Shown here piece after piece: positions 1-12,930 of a DNA stretch of 64,000 nucleotides. Numbering within the stretch: the stretch's first letter is position 1; each line of letters starts with the position of its first letter. The notes below the pieces were generated by a model. The model saw only the letters and a program-made list of their open reading frames with translations. It did no database searches and was not told where the DNA came from. This DNA is from Octopus sinensis (taxonomy: Eukaryota): NCBI RefSeq assembly GCF_006345805.1, contig NC_042997.1, forward strand, positions 109,740,001 through 109,804,000, read 5' to 3'. A program made the position numbers and the translations under genes.

Positions 1-99
1 AATTAATTTCAAATTAATTCTGCATCTGTCATCTTTTTTTCTGTCTGTTGTTTTTTTGGTTCTGTCTGTTGTAGAATGAGAAAGAATTAAAAGAAAAAA

Positions 100-470
100 A
101 TCAACAAGTGTTGAGTGAAAAACATCGATAAGAATGGTTGTTGAATGAGAGAGTTGTCTGTATTCCTTGTAGATACCCCCTCTCTCCCCCGAGAGAACTG
201 CTACGGTGAGAAGACTGTAACACATATAGAGACTAAACAACGAACTCATCGTTGATTGGTCATCGAGCTGATCGATAGCTTATATGTCCGGCTACAATGC
301 AGATCGATAAACTGCTAGTTTCTGTAGAATATCAAAGCGGTGGACAATGTAGGTGTGGCCTGTTGTGTAAGAGAATGGCCCGGATGTGCCGGAGAGGGAG
401 GGGCCGTCGAAACCAGGGGTCAGTTCCAGTAGAAAGAGGTGGGTGCCCGGAGTGAGGAGGTAAAAGAAGG
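100..470 (-). mobile_element. Degenerate Penelope-like element ORF fragment (tentative)
   Basis: Minus-strand translation gives WFRRPLPLRHIRAILLHN, resembling the PLE linker motif (A)FRRPxNLRDxLVHS; heavily interrupted by stops. Confidence 0.3.
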
Positions 471-896
471 GGTCGTGTAGAGGTGTTTTACTTCAACTAC
501 CTTTAATTTTCCTGAAATTACTCAAGTGCCACTAGCAACACTCTTTCCAAACCAATGGTATCACCGATCGTACCATTCTTTTAGTTGTTAGTTCTTCACT
601 TTATTTTCTAACACCTTTCTACCACTTTCTCTGCCCCCGTTCTTAATATCTCTTTTCACTGGGGTTTGACAAATTCCTCAATTTCCTCTCCCTCGCTCTT
701 TTACTCTCACTCTTTCCCCCCACCCCACCCACAACTATTTATCTCCCATTTAATTTGTTACTTTTATTTCCTGTAATGTACTTGTAATTCCGGTGTTATT
801 AAATCTTGTTTATCCCACTAATGTACACCCTATTTCCTTTACTCACATACATACAAACACAGCCATAAGCATTCATACATACATACACCCATCCAT

Positions 897-899
<3 letters not shown>

Positions 900-942
<43 letters not shown>

Positions 943-991
943 TCACATACAGCCTACTCCACAACGAGTCTGTTATTTCTACGGGCTGTGA

Positions 992-1024
<33 letters not shown>

Positions 1025-1120
1025 CATTGTTATTATTATTATTATTATTGTTATTATTATTATTATTATTATTGTTATTGTTATTATTATTATTTTATTA
1101 TTATTATTGTTATTATATAT
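900..1120. repeat. (TA)n followed by (TTA/TTG)n microsatellite
   Basis: Direct reading; source of the YI and poly-L ORFs. Confidence 0.95.
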
Positions 1121-1672
1121 TGTAAATTCTTGCTTTTATCTTTCGATTATTTAGAAAGGCATTAACAAAACATCTAGCGTCTTAGTGTTGAAATCATTTG
1201 ATACAACCAGTTTCAAATTGTACGCCAGTCAAAACAAATGTTTGGAAAGACGAAACGTCGTTTGATGACGATTTGTCCCGCTCTACTCCTTTAAAACGCT
1301 ATTTATTGCACATGCTTTCACGCTCCCTTTCTGTAATACCCCTACTACTACTACTACTACTAACTCCCTTTCAACCCCCCTCCTCTCTCATTTTTTAATG
1401 TTATTTTCTAAATCCTCCTTTTTCTCTTTTCTTTTTTAATTCACACCTCTTCACATCTCTGTCTCTCTTTTTTTCTCTACTTTTCTGCATTTCCATTTGT
1501 ATTCCCCGAACTCTTGTCCATATTTCCTCTGTTTCAACCATCTTATTAATCCCCGTGTCGTGTTTGTGCGGGTGTATATATTCTATGTGATCTTGTGTAC
1601 TTGTATGTGTAAACGTATATGTTATACATTCATTTATGTGTGTGTGTGTGTGTATACGTATGTGTATATATA

Positions 1673-1718
<46 letters not shown>

Positions 1719-1879
1719 ATATGTGTGTGTATATATATACATGTATGTATATATGTATGTATGTATGTGTATGTCGTTCTAGCGTTTTCATCTCATTCCA
1801 TATTTCCTGATCGATATTGCTATAATCCATAATACGACCTAAATGGAATCAGATGTATTCCCAGACATAGTTTTTTTCA

Positions 1880-2270
1880 ATTTCTATCGCTTAGTCACAA
1901 GAGGAACGGCAACAGGCCTTGACCTTTTGCAGGACCTCTCAGAATAGCGCGTCGAAAGGGGTCTGAGGAAAATCTATGACTCATGGCTTAGCCCCAAACC
2001 AAAAACTTGGTTGTAATCCTTGCAACACACGCTGATATCTCTCCCCCATGAGTTGATATCGTTCATCTCATGAAGGTCTCCCCTTTCCATCAGTGTTATC
2101 TTTCTTAGAAGCGTATCGTTAAAAAAAAAAAAATCCGCCAAAGTGCTGCACATTCATAACGAATCATAATCGAACTTTTTTTTCAACCATAGGCTCCTAA
2201 CTTCGGCTGTCCTGGTTTCTGGGTGACCATCAGTCTAATCCTCGCTCACTTCAGACAACCTTTCACACAT
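1880..2270 (-). mobile_element. Possible decayed Tc1-like transposase fragment
   Basis: Minus-strand GRPS and RSRPVAVPLVTKR resemble Tc1 GRP and RxxxKxPLLTKRH motifs; no TIR found. Confidence 0.25.
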
Positions 2271-2616
2271 TGTGATTAGAAACCGCTCTTCCAAAAGTGT
2301 TTAATTTTCACGCAAGACTACATAGGGGATTAGAGCAGGCAATGTAATCGACACCAGTAATTAACGTGAACATAATTTATTGTCCTAGGATGTATAAAAG
2401 CTAAAGCAAACCCGGGATTTGAAATTAGAACATAAGAGATGCAGCGAAAATATTACAACGGTCTCTGTCGAGTATTCCGACCCAGGCATTGAATAGTAAA
2501 TAGATGTGTCTTCCTCTCAAGAGTAGAATAATTCTGAGGTGAAAGAAGATTCTTCAGTTTATGGAGTCTTCTGTTGGGTCGGTTACCAGATTTCCATGGC
2601 ATATAGCTGAAATCAG

Positions 2617-2803
2617 AACATTACCCCTGAAAGGGATAACTGGGATCCCAACACTACCCCCGAAAGAGATAACAGGAATCACAACATTATCCCTGAAAGG
2701 GATAACTGGGTCCACAACATTACCCCCGGAAAGGGATAACTGGAATCACAATATTATCCCTGAAAGGGATAACTGAGATCCCAATATTGCCCTTGAAAGG
2801 GAT
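2617..2803. repeat. 33-bp minisatellite, about 5.5 units, with internal palindrome TTATCCCT-GAA-AGGGATAA
   Basis: Units such as attacccctgaaagggataactgggatcccaac and actacccccgaaagagataacaggaatcacaac; one unit is 34 bp. Confidence 0.92.
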
Positions 2804-2804
2804 C

Positions 2805-2967
2805 CGAGTGTCTCGCAGGGTTTATTCATTTACAGCTGAATGGACTGGAACAACATGAAAGGAAATGTTTTGCTGAAGAACACAACGTACGACCGGGACC
2901 TGAAATCGAAACCGCGATCTAGCGATTGCGAGTACAAATACCCCAACCTCGAGGCCACGCACCTTCA
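2805..2967 (-). mobile_element. tRNA-derived SINE type D, 5' part
   Basis: Minus strand tgaaggtgcgtggcctcgaggttgg...gtttcgatttc (A/B-box-like); homologous to 12622-12930. Confidence 0.7.
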
Positions 2968-3630
2968 TCGAGATAATAAAGTACCATTGAATTACTCACT
3001 TATATAAAATCGACCGTGCTTCTCCTCCTCGATATTGTGCATCCTGGTGCCGATGAGAGAATAGTCGAATGTATTTATTATTGATACTTATCGACCTGAT
3101 CCGTTTGAGAAACTACATAAAGGACGTAATCGTTTAATCTTAATCTCCACTTCAATAATTTCTATTCTACCGAAGGACCGTCTTGAGTACAGAACTACTT
3201 CATATCTCAATTCCCAATCAATTGATCAGTGAATCCATCATGAAGTACTTAAGTAATCGCTCTCCTCCTAAACTGGAAATTAGAAAGAAATCGAGTTCCA
3301 GCCTCTTGAACCATTTCAAAACCAGAAAATCAAGGCAATCAACTTATTGACTAAAACACAATCAATGCAAACCAGCATCGGTGGCCATATTTGTTTTCAC
3401 TTCCCTGCGATTTTTTCAGTATTATATAAATTTTTCATTTGAAGTGCTTCACAAATGAATGGATATATTGATATAGAATACGCATATGTATTTCTAAATA
3501 CACGTGTATGCCTATGTCTGCTTATCTGTATGCACACACACACACACACACACACACAACACACATATATATATATACACACGCACACACGTATGTACAT
3601 ACGCACAGATTTTAAAATATATGTATGTAT

Positions 3631-4013
3631 TCTTTTCTTTCTTTCACTCATTTGACAGTGGCTATGCTGGAGCACCCCCTTTAGCCGAGCAAATCGACCC
3701 GAGAACTTATTCTTTGTAAGCCTAGTACTTATTCTATCGGTGTCTTTTGCCGAACCGCGAAGTTAGAGGTACGTAAACACTCCAGCATCGGTTGTCAAGC
3801 GATGTTTGGCGGACAATCACAGACACACAAACATACATACATATACATATATATATATATGGTGGATTTCCGTCTACCAAATCCACTCACAAGGCTTTGG
3901 TCGGCCCGTGGCTATAGTAGAAGACACTTGCCCAAGCTGCCACGCAGTGGGACTGAACCCGGGACCATGTGGTTGGTAAGTAAGCAACTTAACACACAGC
4001 CATTCCTACGCCT
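3631..4013 (-). mobile_element. tRNA-derived SINE type A (CORE-like CTTGGGCAAGT segment, internal microsatellite), near full length
   Basis: Head ggcgtaggaatggctgtgtg..gggttcagtccc; homologous to copies at 17915, 33105, 45365 and 57030. Confidence 0.85.
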
Positions 4014-5477
4014 ATATGCACTTATTTATGGTTATGTATGTACACATGCAAAAATCTGCATCTCTATACACATACATTTGTATATAATAATTCATATAGA
4101 TAGTTAAACATATGTGTATATATATATCAATATTTATATATATATGTATTTGTAAGGCTGTTTATTTCGTGTGCATGTGTGTGTACATGGGTTGTTTTAC
4201 AAGGAAAATGTTGATAGTTACTTCGAAGTTCCAGCTTAATAACCGTTGTAAATATGTAATAGAAAGATGGCAATTTATCAACAGTTGAAACATTCTGCTT
4301 TAGGCGGGGGGAGGGGGGCGTAAAAAAACACATGTGGTCTTATTGTTTTCGTTTTCTGTCTGAAATATTTCAAGTTATTTCATTTCCAACATAATTCTAT
4401 TTGAAAGAAAAAATTATTTTGAAAGAAAAAATAATTTTTCTGTTCTATAAGAAATTTAAGAATAGCTTTGATACTTTTAAGAGTTACAGAATTAATGTCG
4501 TTAACTGGCGGAAAAAAAACTCTCATTCACCCGCATAGCTAAAGACTCTCTCTCTCCCTCTCTTCCCCCCCTCCCTCTCTATCACACGCACTCATCTCAT
4601 TCGCATAGAATCGGCAACTTGTTGAGTTTGTGGTGCACTCTCAGCGATTAACCGCCTAGGTCCAGTGGCTCATGTGCTTTATATCACAAGGGAGACAATC
4701 CTTTCTTGACTAAGCGAAGTTGAAGTTGGTTAGAAGCTTGAAATTGAAATCAAAGTAAACAGCAAAGCGTACAGATTCTGCGTATTTACCATTTCTTTTC
4801 CGCCGCTGCACCTTGTAATGGACCCAAAGTTTGCAGTCGTTCATTGCGTTGACTTTCATCCATCTCCGTTGAAGAATATTCACTGTCCCCTTCCCGAAAA
4901 CTTATGGTCTTCTGCCAATATTAAAATATTGGCATTATTGACTGGGTGATGCCATAGTGAAAATGGTGAACGGTGTTTAATTAATTACTTTCCAGGTGTA
5001 GATTCTGTCCAGCTTCACTGCTTATTTATTTGCTTTTGTTTTCGCGTGTGCGTTCGATAAGCGACTTGACATTCCTGCTGCCAATATAATACCAATCATT
5101 TCAAGATCGATACACACATGTTCTTTTCAAATGTCTGTCCGTCTTGTCTCTATCACATAAATCATTGAGACCACTGCTTAAAGAAGCTGTGGTTCCTTTC
5201 TTTTCAGTTCTACTTTATAACGAACTCAAGACCATTCTAGGAAGCCTCTCGTATTGATCACACACTCTTTTCCTTCCTTTCTTCCCTTCCTTCTTCCCCT
5301 CTTTCTTTCCTTCTTTCTTTCTTCTTTCTTTCTTTCTTTCTTTGTATACAGATATAAACACGTTTCACCTATACATCCATCCGCACTCATGATGGTGTGT
5401 CTGTATGTACACACACAAACACACACACAAACACACATATACACACACACACAAACATATATATATATGTGTGCATA

Positions 5478-5532
<55 letters not shown>

Positions 5533-6212
5533 CCTCTCCACACACACGCGCACACACAGATCCTCCCCAGCAGTCAAGCAGAGCCAAAAGTAGAAAAATA
5601 GAAAAATAAAAACTAAAAACAAACAGAACAAACAAAAAGAAAATCTGCAGCGAAGCCTACCAAAGTACTTGGGTGACAGAGATTCTTGTCCCAGGAATCA
5701 AAGTTTTGCTACTTAAGAATCTAGATAGCATCTGAGATATTGGTCTACCGAGACGAGTGGATTCCGAGAAAATCTCAACAATCTTTCGCCTTTCCCTCCT
5801 CTCTCTCCTCCTTGCTTCCCTTCTGCTGTCTCTCCTTATTTACGGTTATGTGCAATATGCATATTTGCATCTTGGTGCACATTGAGTGCACATTGTTAAC
5901 TTGACGATGGTTTTACAATGAAGATGTCTTCTGTGAGAAATCAATGGCAATCTGTTGCTGTAGCATGGGCTGTTGTTGCTTACAAGGTCTGGGAATATCT
6001 CTCGGTAAATTCTGATCTCCCTACTTCATCTCATTTTTATTTTATAGATTATATCTACGTGACATTCAAGAAGTTGTAAACAGCACACACATATGTACGC
6101 ACGCACGCACACACACACACACACACACAATAAATTATGTATTAATGTGCATATGTTCTAGAAGACATAGATATGCCTAGATATGTGATGTTTTATATAT
6201 ATGTATATATAT

Positions 6213-6270
<58 letters not shown>

Positions 6271-6317
6271 CAGATACTTACACATAAGCAAATGGTATGC
6301 GTACACACACCAGCGTG

Positions 6318-6350
<33 letters not shown>

Positions 6351-7694
6351 GTTATGTGTGTATGTATGTATGTATGTATGTATACTCGTGCTGTGTGTGT
6401 GTATTTGTTGGTATTCGTCAATCCAGACGTTGATTGATTGTCTGTTGTCATCCGGCAGCCATTTTGACGGCTCTTTTAAACCAACGCCTGGTGTGTGTGT
6501 GTGTAATTTCTTGTTTAACACGTGGACAGGGACTGCTTCATTGACATTAGACGTGTGCTTAACTGACAAATGGACGAAGTTTGGGCATTCTACAGACGAT
6601 CAAACACGGAAGCACATTTCTCCCCACCACGTACACACACCTCCACCGCAACCCGTCATTGTTAGCAAAATGCTATGTTATCGTCTGCAGATGAATTGTT
6701 CGTTACTATATATTCGGGAAGCTGACAAGTGTGAATAACAGTGTTTGATACACACACACACACATACACGCACACACACACACGCAATGAGTGAGAGAAA
6801 GTTGGGTGGAGGGTATAACAATATCATATTTAATATATTTATTGAGAGAATTCACTATTACATCCTGGTCGTGAATCTTCCAATAAGCGAATCTTCCAGC
6901 AACATCCTGTTGTAGAATGTTGAATGCACTTTCCAGCAAACTTCTCACTGATCCTGGAGTTAATTCATTCGCTGAGTAATTCTTTAAACTGTGCACAAAG
7001 CTCTGATACTAATCTATTGTTAATGATATTGGTTTAATCACAGTGGCCGACATTGACTCACTTAAAAATAACCGGTTTAATGATCACCAGTATATTACTG
7101 GTATTAATCATATCATGGCCTGCTATATCCACCGAATATGCTCTGCTCTCTTCCTTTCGTTTTCTGTTTCGTGCTCTGCCCCCAAAACTCACATTAACCA
7201 ACGAACACTATCCTTCTACGTAAAACTGTCATCTCACTGATATTCTCATGCTTCCAATGTTTTCCTTATATCCGACATCCTACATGATTTGAAAATATAC
7301 ATTGACCGCATCGGTTTCATCAATGGCAGAGTCACGGAAGGATACATCCTCAGCCTCTCGATCTTGGGTGAAGCATACGGCTGTATGGGTTAGAAGCGTG
7401 CTTCCCAATCATGGGATCTTGTCTGGCTATGGGTGGGGTGGGGAGGATAAGTTGGGAAACAGGTGAGAATTGGTGACAGAAAGAGCATCCGTCCGTGGAA
7501 AAGCTTGCTCGTGTGGTTTCCGTTTGACCCATTTAAAACTGGTCACTTAAACGACGATCACGGCGATTCCGGACGAACAGAAATTAGAGTCAGCCTCGGT
7601 AGATTTTGAAGCTGGAAAGCAGAGAAACGAATAAGATGCGTCATTAAATGTATGACCCTACCATTTCTACCAAAACAATCTTGAAAATATTATC

Positions 7695-7880
7695 AGAGGC
7701 TGTCTGGTTAAGAAGCTCACTTTGCAAGCACGGTGTTTCGGGTTCAGTCCCATTGCGCGGAAACTTGGCAACAGTTTTCTACTATATAGCCGAAAGTGTG
7801 TGTAAGTGTGTGTGTGACCTCACATCGTTTGACAACCTGTGTTGGTTTGTGTCCGCTCCTGTAGCAGGTAGAATAAAGGC
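7695..7880 (+). mobile_element. SINE type A, degenerate
   Basis: ggctgtctggttaagaagc..gggttcagtccc..tttgacaacc. Confidence 0.65.
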
Positions 7881-7943
7881 GGCATACACGAAACTTCGAA
7901 GTAACTGTCAACTAATTTTCGTTTAAGAATAAAGTAAGTACCA

Positions 7944-8175
7944 ATTTCTTTATTGCCCACAAGGGGCTAAACACAGAGGAGACAAACAAGGACAGACAAA
8001 CGGATTAAGTCGATTACATCGACCCCAGTGCGTGACTGGTACTTAATTTATCGACCCCGGAAGGATGAAAGGCAAAGTCGACCTCGGCGGAATTTGAACT
8101 CAGAACGTAACGGCAGACGAAATACGGCCAAGCATTTCGCCAAGCGTGCTAACGATTCTGACAGCTCACCGCCTT
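7944..8175 (-). mobile_element. tRNA-derived SINE type B, long-tail variant
   Basis: Head aaggcggtgagctgtcag..gagttcaaattcc; central gcctttcatcc..gtcgataaattaagtaccag resembles the MetaSINE Meta domain (from recall); nearly identical to 54612-54839. Confidence 0.88.
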
Positions 8176-8206
8176 GCTTAATAACAAAGTAAATATAGCA
8201 TGTATC

Positions 8207-8239
<33 letters not shown>

Positions 8240-8284
8240 TCTCCTTTCTTTTTTTCTTTCTCTCATACACACACACAGATATAA

Positions 8285-8404
8285 GCTCCTGGACCTTCAG
8301 GTGGTTTCGCTCTATAAACACTCACAACGCTCGGTCTGGGAATCGAAACCGCGATCCTACGACCGCGAGTCCGCTGCCCTAACCACTGAGCCATTGTGTC
8401 TCCA
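8285..8404 (-). mobile_element. tRNA-Arg-like SINE type C head
   Basis: tggctcagtggttagggcagcggactcgcggtcgtaggatcgcggtttcgattccc; same head at 25593, 48989 and 50121. Confidence 0.85.
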
Positions 8405-8949
8405 CTATACGCAAATACACAATGAGATTTAATCATGTACAGAACACACACTCACGCATAAGGTTTAAACAACTTCGCTTATCTCTTCGTGTTATATCTT
8501 TAAGCCATCAATGTTTGTCCTGCTCTCCGCCTCTCTCTTTCCATTCTCTCTCCTTCAAACACTCTCCCTCTCATCTTTTTCACTTTTATCCGTGTTAAAT
8601 GAAAACATCAGCAATTCCTAGTCTGCCAGTCTATTAATACCGTCATGCATTTTAATCAATACCTTCCTGTTTAACTTTCACTTCGATATGGAGACTAACA
8701 GGAGACAAATTAGAGCCAATTGTGTGAGGCTTATGGTCTTTTAGTGTTTCGTATGTGTTGGTGTTGATTTAAGTGTCTCCCACCTGGTTTCTTACTATCA
8801 CTTCAGGGATTACTTTCTCGCTCACCCAACCTCACACGCATACTCAGACACACCATATACAAACACATATATATATATGCATACAAAAACATGCATACAT
8901 ACATACACAAACATACGTATATACATACATATATATATATATTATTTTT

Positions 8950-9145
8950 CTTTTATTTGTTTCAGTCATTTGAATCCGGCGATGCTGGAGCACCGCCTTT
9001 AGTCGAACAAATCGACCCCAGGACTTATTCTTTGTAAGCCTAGCACTTAATCTATCGGCCTCTTATGCCGAACCGCTAAGTTACGGGAACGTAAACACAC
9101 CAGTATTGGTTGCCAAGCGATGGTGCGGGGACAAACACACAAACA
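8950..9145 (-). mobile_element. SINE type A, 3' half
   Basis: Matches 3631-3830. Confidence 0.85.
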
Positions 9146-9780
9146 TATGTATATATATATATATATATAGCACCCTCGGTAGTCGAGGGATTACTGTATA
9201 TGCTCCGATACGAACTAACAAACACAAAACTAAACAAGAAAATAAAGAACAACTAAGAATTTGCCTAAAACTTAAAGAAATATCTGTACGCGCAGGTAAG
9301 TGATATTCCAATGAAAGAAATTGAAAGTTGGATACATGAGGCTAAAAACGCTGTTCGACATTATCGGGATTGAAGTTTCTCACTTGCCTCTGGAAATCAT
9401 ATAAGCACGAGTGGCCACTCGTACTTATGTAGTTAGAACGGATTAACTTATCATCCGGGCACAGACCCAGGGCCTACACAATAACAATTGATTTTCTCTT
9501 AAATGGTTCAGTCCTCTTGGTTGGTAATAGGTACCACGTATTAAAGGCACTGGCGTCCCTTTAACTGGCCATGTTGATCATTCCATCAGTTGACTGTGGT
9601 TGTAAGGACGGAGGAATTTGAAAACAAGAGAAACCGCAGAGAGGAAAACAAAAGACATTTCAAGTTCGCTGTCCATGGTCATCGTCTTTCCTCTTGGACA
9701 ATATTATAAGTACCAGTCATACAATGGGGGTAGATTTCGTTTTCCTGTAAGGAAATACTGGCATTTTATCGATGAAGTAA

Positions 9781-9950
9781 ACTACCACCATGCCTACTAC
9801 TACTACTACAACTACTACCCCATTTACTACTACCATCACCATCACCATCACCACCACTACTACGACGACGACCACCACCACTTATATTACTACCACCACC
9901 ACCATCATTATCACTACTACTACCACCACCACCGCTACTACGACCAGATC
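9781..9950. repeat. (ACT/ACC/ATC)n compound microsatellite
   Basis: Direct reading. Confidence 0.95.
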
Positions 9951-10249
9951 TCGTTACCGATTCAAAAACCTTTTTTTCTGCTGTTGTGAAGAGCACGAAG
10001 CATGCAACTGGATGGAACCTCTAATCCGGCCCCACAACTCTCCCGACCCCCGCTCTCCCCACCTCCCTGCTCTTCTTATCTTTTACTCTTCCATAACAAA
10101 CATCCAGATAGAACTACACTGTAATTCCAGCGTAGCTCTACATGTTCAGTCACGGATATGTACCATACACACGCAATCAGTCACTGAGTTCGCTCCCCGC
10201 AACACACACACACGCACACGCACACGCACACGCACACACACACGCGCGC

Positions 10250-10374
10250 ACATCTATATATCTAAATATATATGTGTTTGTGTGTACATGCATGTATGTG
10301 TATATGTGTGTGCGTATATATGTAGGTATATATATATGCATATGTATATATGTGTATATATATATGTGTATGTA

Positions 10375-10419
<45 letters not shown>

Positions 10420-11220
10420 GTAAATATATGTATATATATATATTTATATGTAAATATATGTATATATATATTTATATGTGTGTATATATATATTTATATG
10501 TGTATATATATATATTTATATGTAGATATATGTATGTATATATATATTATTTATATGTAGATATATGTAATCTATATAATATATATTTATATGTAGATAT
10601 ATGTATATATATATATATTTATATGAGATATATGTATATATATATATTTATATGTGTATATATATATATTTATATGTAGATATATGTGTATATATATTTA
10701 TTTGTAGATTATGTGTATATATATATTTATATGTAGATATATGTATATATATATATTTATATGTAGATATATGTATATATATATATTTATATGTTATATA
10801 TATATTTATATGTAGATATATGTGTATATATTTATTTATATATATGAGATATATGCATATATATATATATTTATATGTAGATATATGTATATATATATAT
10901 ATTTATATGTAGATATATGTATATATATATATATTTATATGTAAATATATGTATATATATATATTTATATTTAAATATATGCATATATATATTTATATTT
11001 AAATATATGCATATATATATATGTATATATATATGTATATATATGTATACAAATATATATGTATATATGTGTGTGTATGTGTATATATATGTATGTGTAT
11101 GTGTATATATTTGTATACATATATATATATGTATGTATATGTATGCATATATATATATACATGCTGTTATTTATATGTAAATAGTGTATATATATCTATA
11201 TCTATCTATGTATCTATCTA

Positions 11221-11255
<35 letters not shown>
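10250..11255. repeat. TA-rich array with ~30-bp unit (TA)n-TTTATATGTAGATATATG
   Basis: Core tttatatgtagatatatg recurs between 10420 and 11000. Confidence 0.9.
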
Positions 11256-11256
<1 letters not shown>

Positions 11257-11532
11257 GGATAAGAGAGTAAAATGCGTGTATAGTTATGCATGTTTACTGC
11301 ATATAATACGTGTAGCTTCTTATCTTTAGGTTTCTTTAGGTTATTATCTGTTAACAAAATTAAATAATGGCGCCATTTTGTGTGTATAGACTATCCATGT
11401 ATTTATAATATATATATGTATGCATATGTGTGTGTGTGTGTGTGTTGTTTTTCCTCCATGTTTTCCTATGTCCAATGCTGAAGCTACGTAATTTCATGGA
11501 GACAGCAATATATGTTGGTGCATGTTGCTAAG

Positions 11533-11581
<49 letters not shown>

Positions 11582-12019
11582 AGCCAAATAAATAGTAATT
11601 GTTTTCGTTGCTTGATCTCAGGTAGACTCTAATAAAGGTATTCAGCCGTGACATCCTATTTCTATTTATGGTACCACACTTCTGCGAACATATAATCTCC
11701 TTCGCTGGCTTGATGTACACTTTAGCTGCTATTTCTAGCAAGCTCCTTGGCTGCTTGCTTGGTGTAAATATTTCCATGCATAAAGTATCACGAGATCTAC
11801 GTAACGGTAACAATCACTCTCCTCCTCCTCTTCCTCTTGTTGTTGTTGTTTAACCCTAGGTATGATGTAACAGGCATGTACATTTTATAAAGGTAGTTTC
11901 TATAGTATTTCCGAAGTGCAGATTCCAGGCTAGGTGAATAAAATATAAATAAGTAACGAAGTTGTACAGGTATCAATTCATGAATTGACACCTCTACATC
12001 TTCGTTACTCATATATATA

Positions 12020-12097
12020 CAGGGTGTCCCAAAAAGATGTACTTACTCTTTGACTTCCCAGTAGTCAAGAGCGAGTAAATCATTTTGGGACACCCTG
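12020..12097. mobile_element. 78-bp Tc1/mariner-type MITE
   Basis: Perfect 15-bp TIR CAGGGTGTCCCAAAA / TTTTGGGACACCCTG, TA on both sides, interior also largely self-complementary. Confidence 0.85.
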
Positions 12098-12103
12098 TAT
12101 GTC

Positions 12104-12138
<35 letters not shown>

Positions 12139-12621
12139 ATTTCTGTTGATTCTCCAAGGAACGATAAATTAATTACTGTACTCGATACTTGATGTAGAGT
12201 ATTCTTAACTGATACGTACATAATTTCCAGTAGTCCGAGTTTCTCGTTTCCAATCTTCCATCAGGTAAGATATATGTATTTTCTCCTGAATTATCTTTTG
12301 AATATATTTTCAAATATTTTACGAAAATTAGTGAGAAATGCTTATCTTTGGGAAATAATGAAAATCTTGCGGGTGATACGTGCAATGTATATTTTGTATT
12401 CATATATGTAATGGGTTTTACGCATATCACCTCCAACTTATCTATGCATCTCAACTTCTACCATTTTTGATGAGATTTCATTTAGTATCTCCATGCAGAT
12501 GTCGTTTGCCTGTTTTTCAAAGTTAAGTATAGACTGACTCTGGCACTGTAACTTTAAATTATCCTCCGTTCATTATAAATATTTGCACTAAGGTTTAGTC
12601 TCTCAAGATTAAGGGTATTTG

Positions 12622-12930
12622 AAGGCGCATGGCTTGGTGGTTAGGATATTTGGCTAGCAAACAAAAAGTCACGAGTTCGTTTCTCAGTGGTGCATTGTGT
12701 CCTTTATTTCACGTTGCACCAGTTCACTCAACTGGTAAAAATGAGTGGTCCCTGTCTTTCAAAGGTCCAGTCCTGTCATATTTTGTCCTGCTGAATCTCC
12801 CTTTGAACTACATAAACGATACGCGCGTGTAGAGTGCTCCGCCTCTTGCACATTTATTGCACGAGCTGGCTGTTCTGTCGATTGGATCAACTGGAAACCT
12901 CGGCGTCGTAACCGATGGAGTGCCTGGTTA
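12622..12930 (+). mobile_element. SINE type D with 3' tail ending ...gtaaccgatggagtgcc
   Basis: tgaaggcgcatggcttggtggttagg head; tail homologous to 48611-48790. Confidence 0.78.

Noticed and set aside
1240-1275. GACGAAACGTCG as a Penelope hammerhead end
   Set aside because: No upstream CUGANGA core.
2630-2680. Resemblance of AGGGATAACTGGG to the I-SceI site or mitochondrial 16S AGGGATAACAG
   Set aside because: Only a 9-11-nt match with no flanking similarity; treated as coincidence.
2617-2803. CRISPR array
   Set aside because: Spacers are only ~13 bp and homologous to each other, the context is eukaryotic, and there are no cas genes.
9106-9303. Exon ending at a consensus CAG|GTAAGT donor
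   Set aside because: No acceptor, the upstream part is SINE and microsatellite, and the peptide is unrecognisable.
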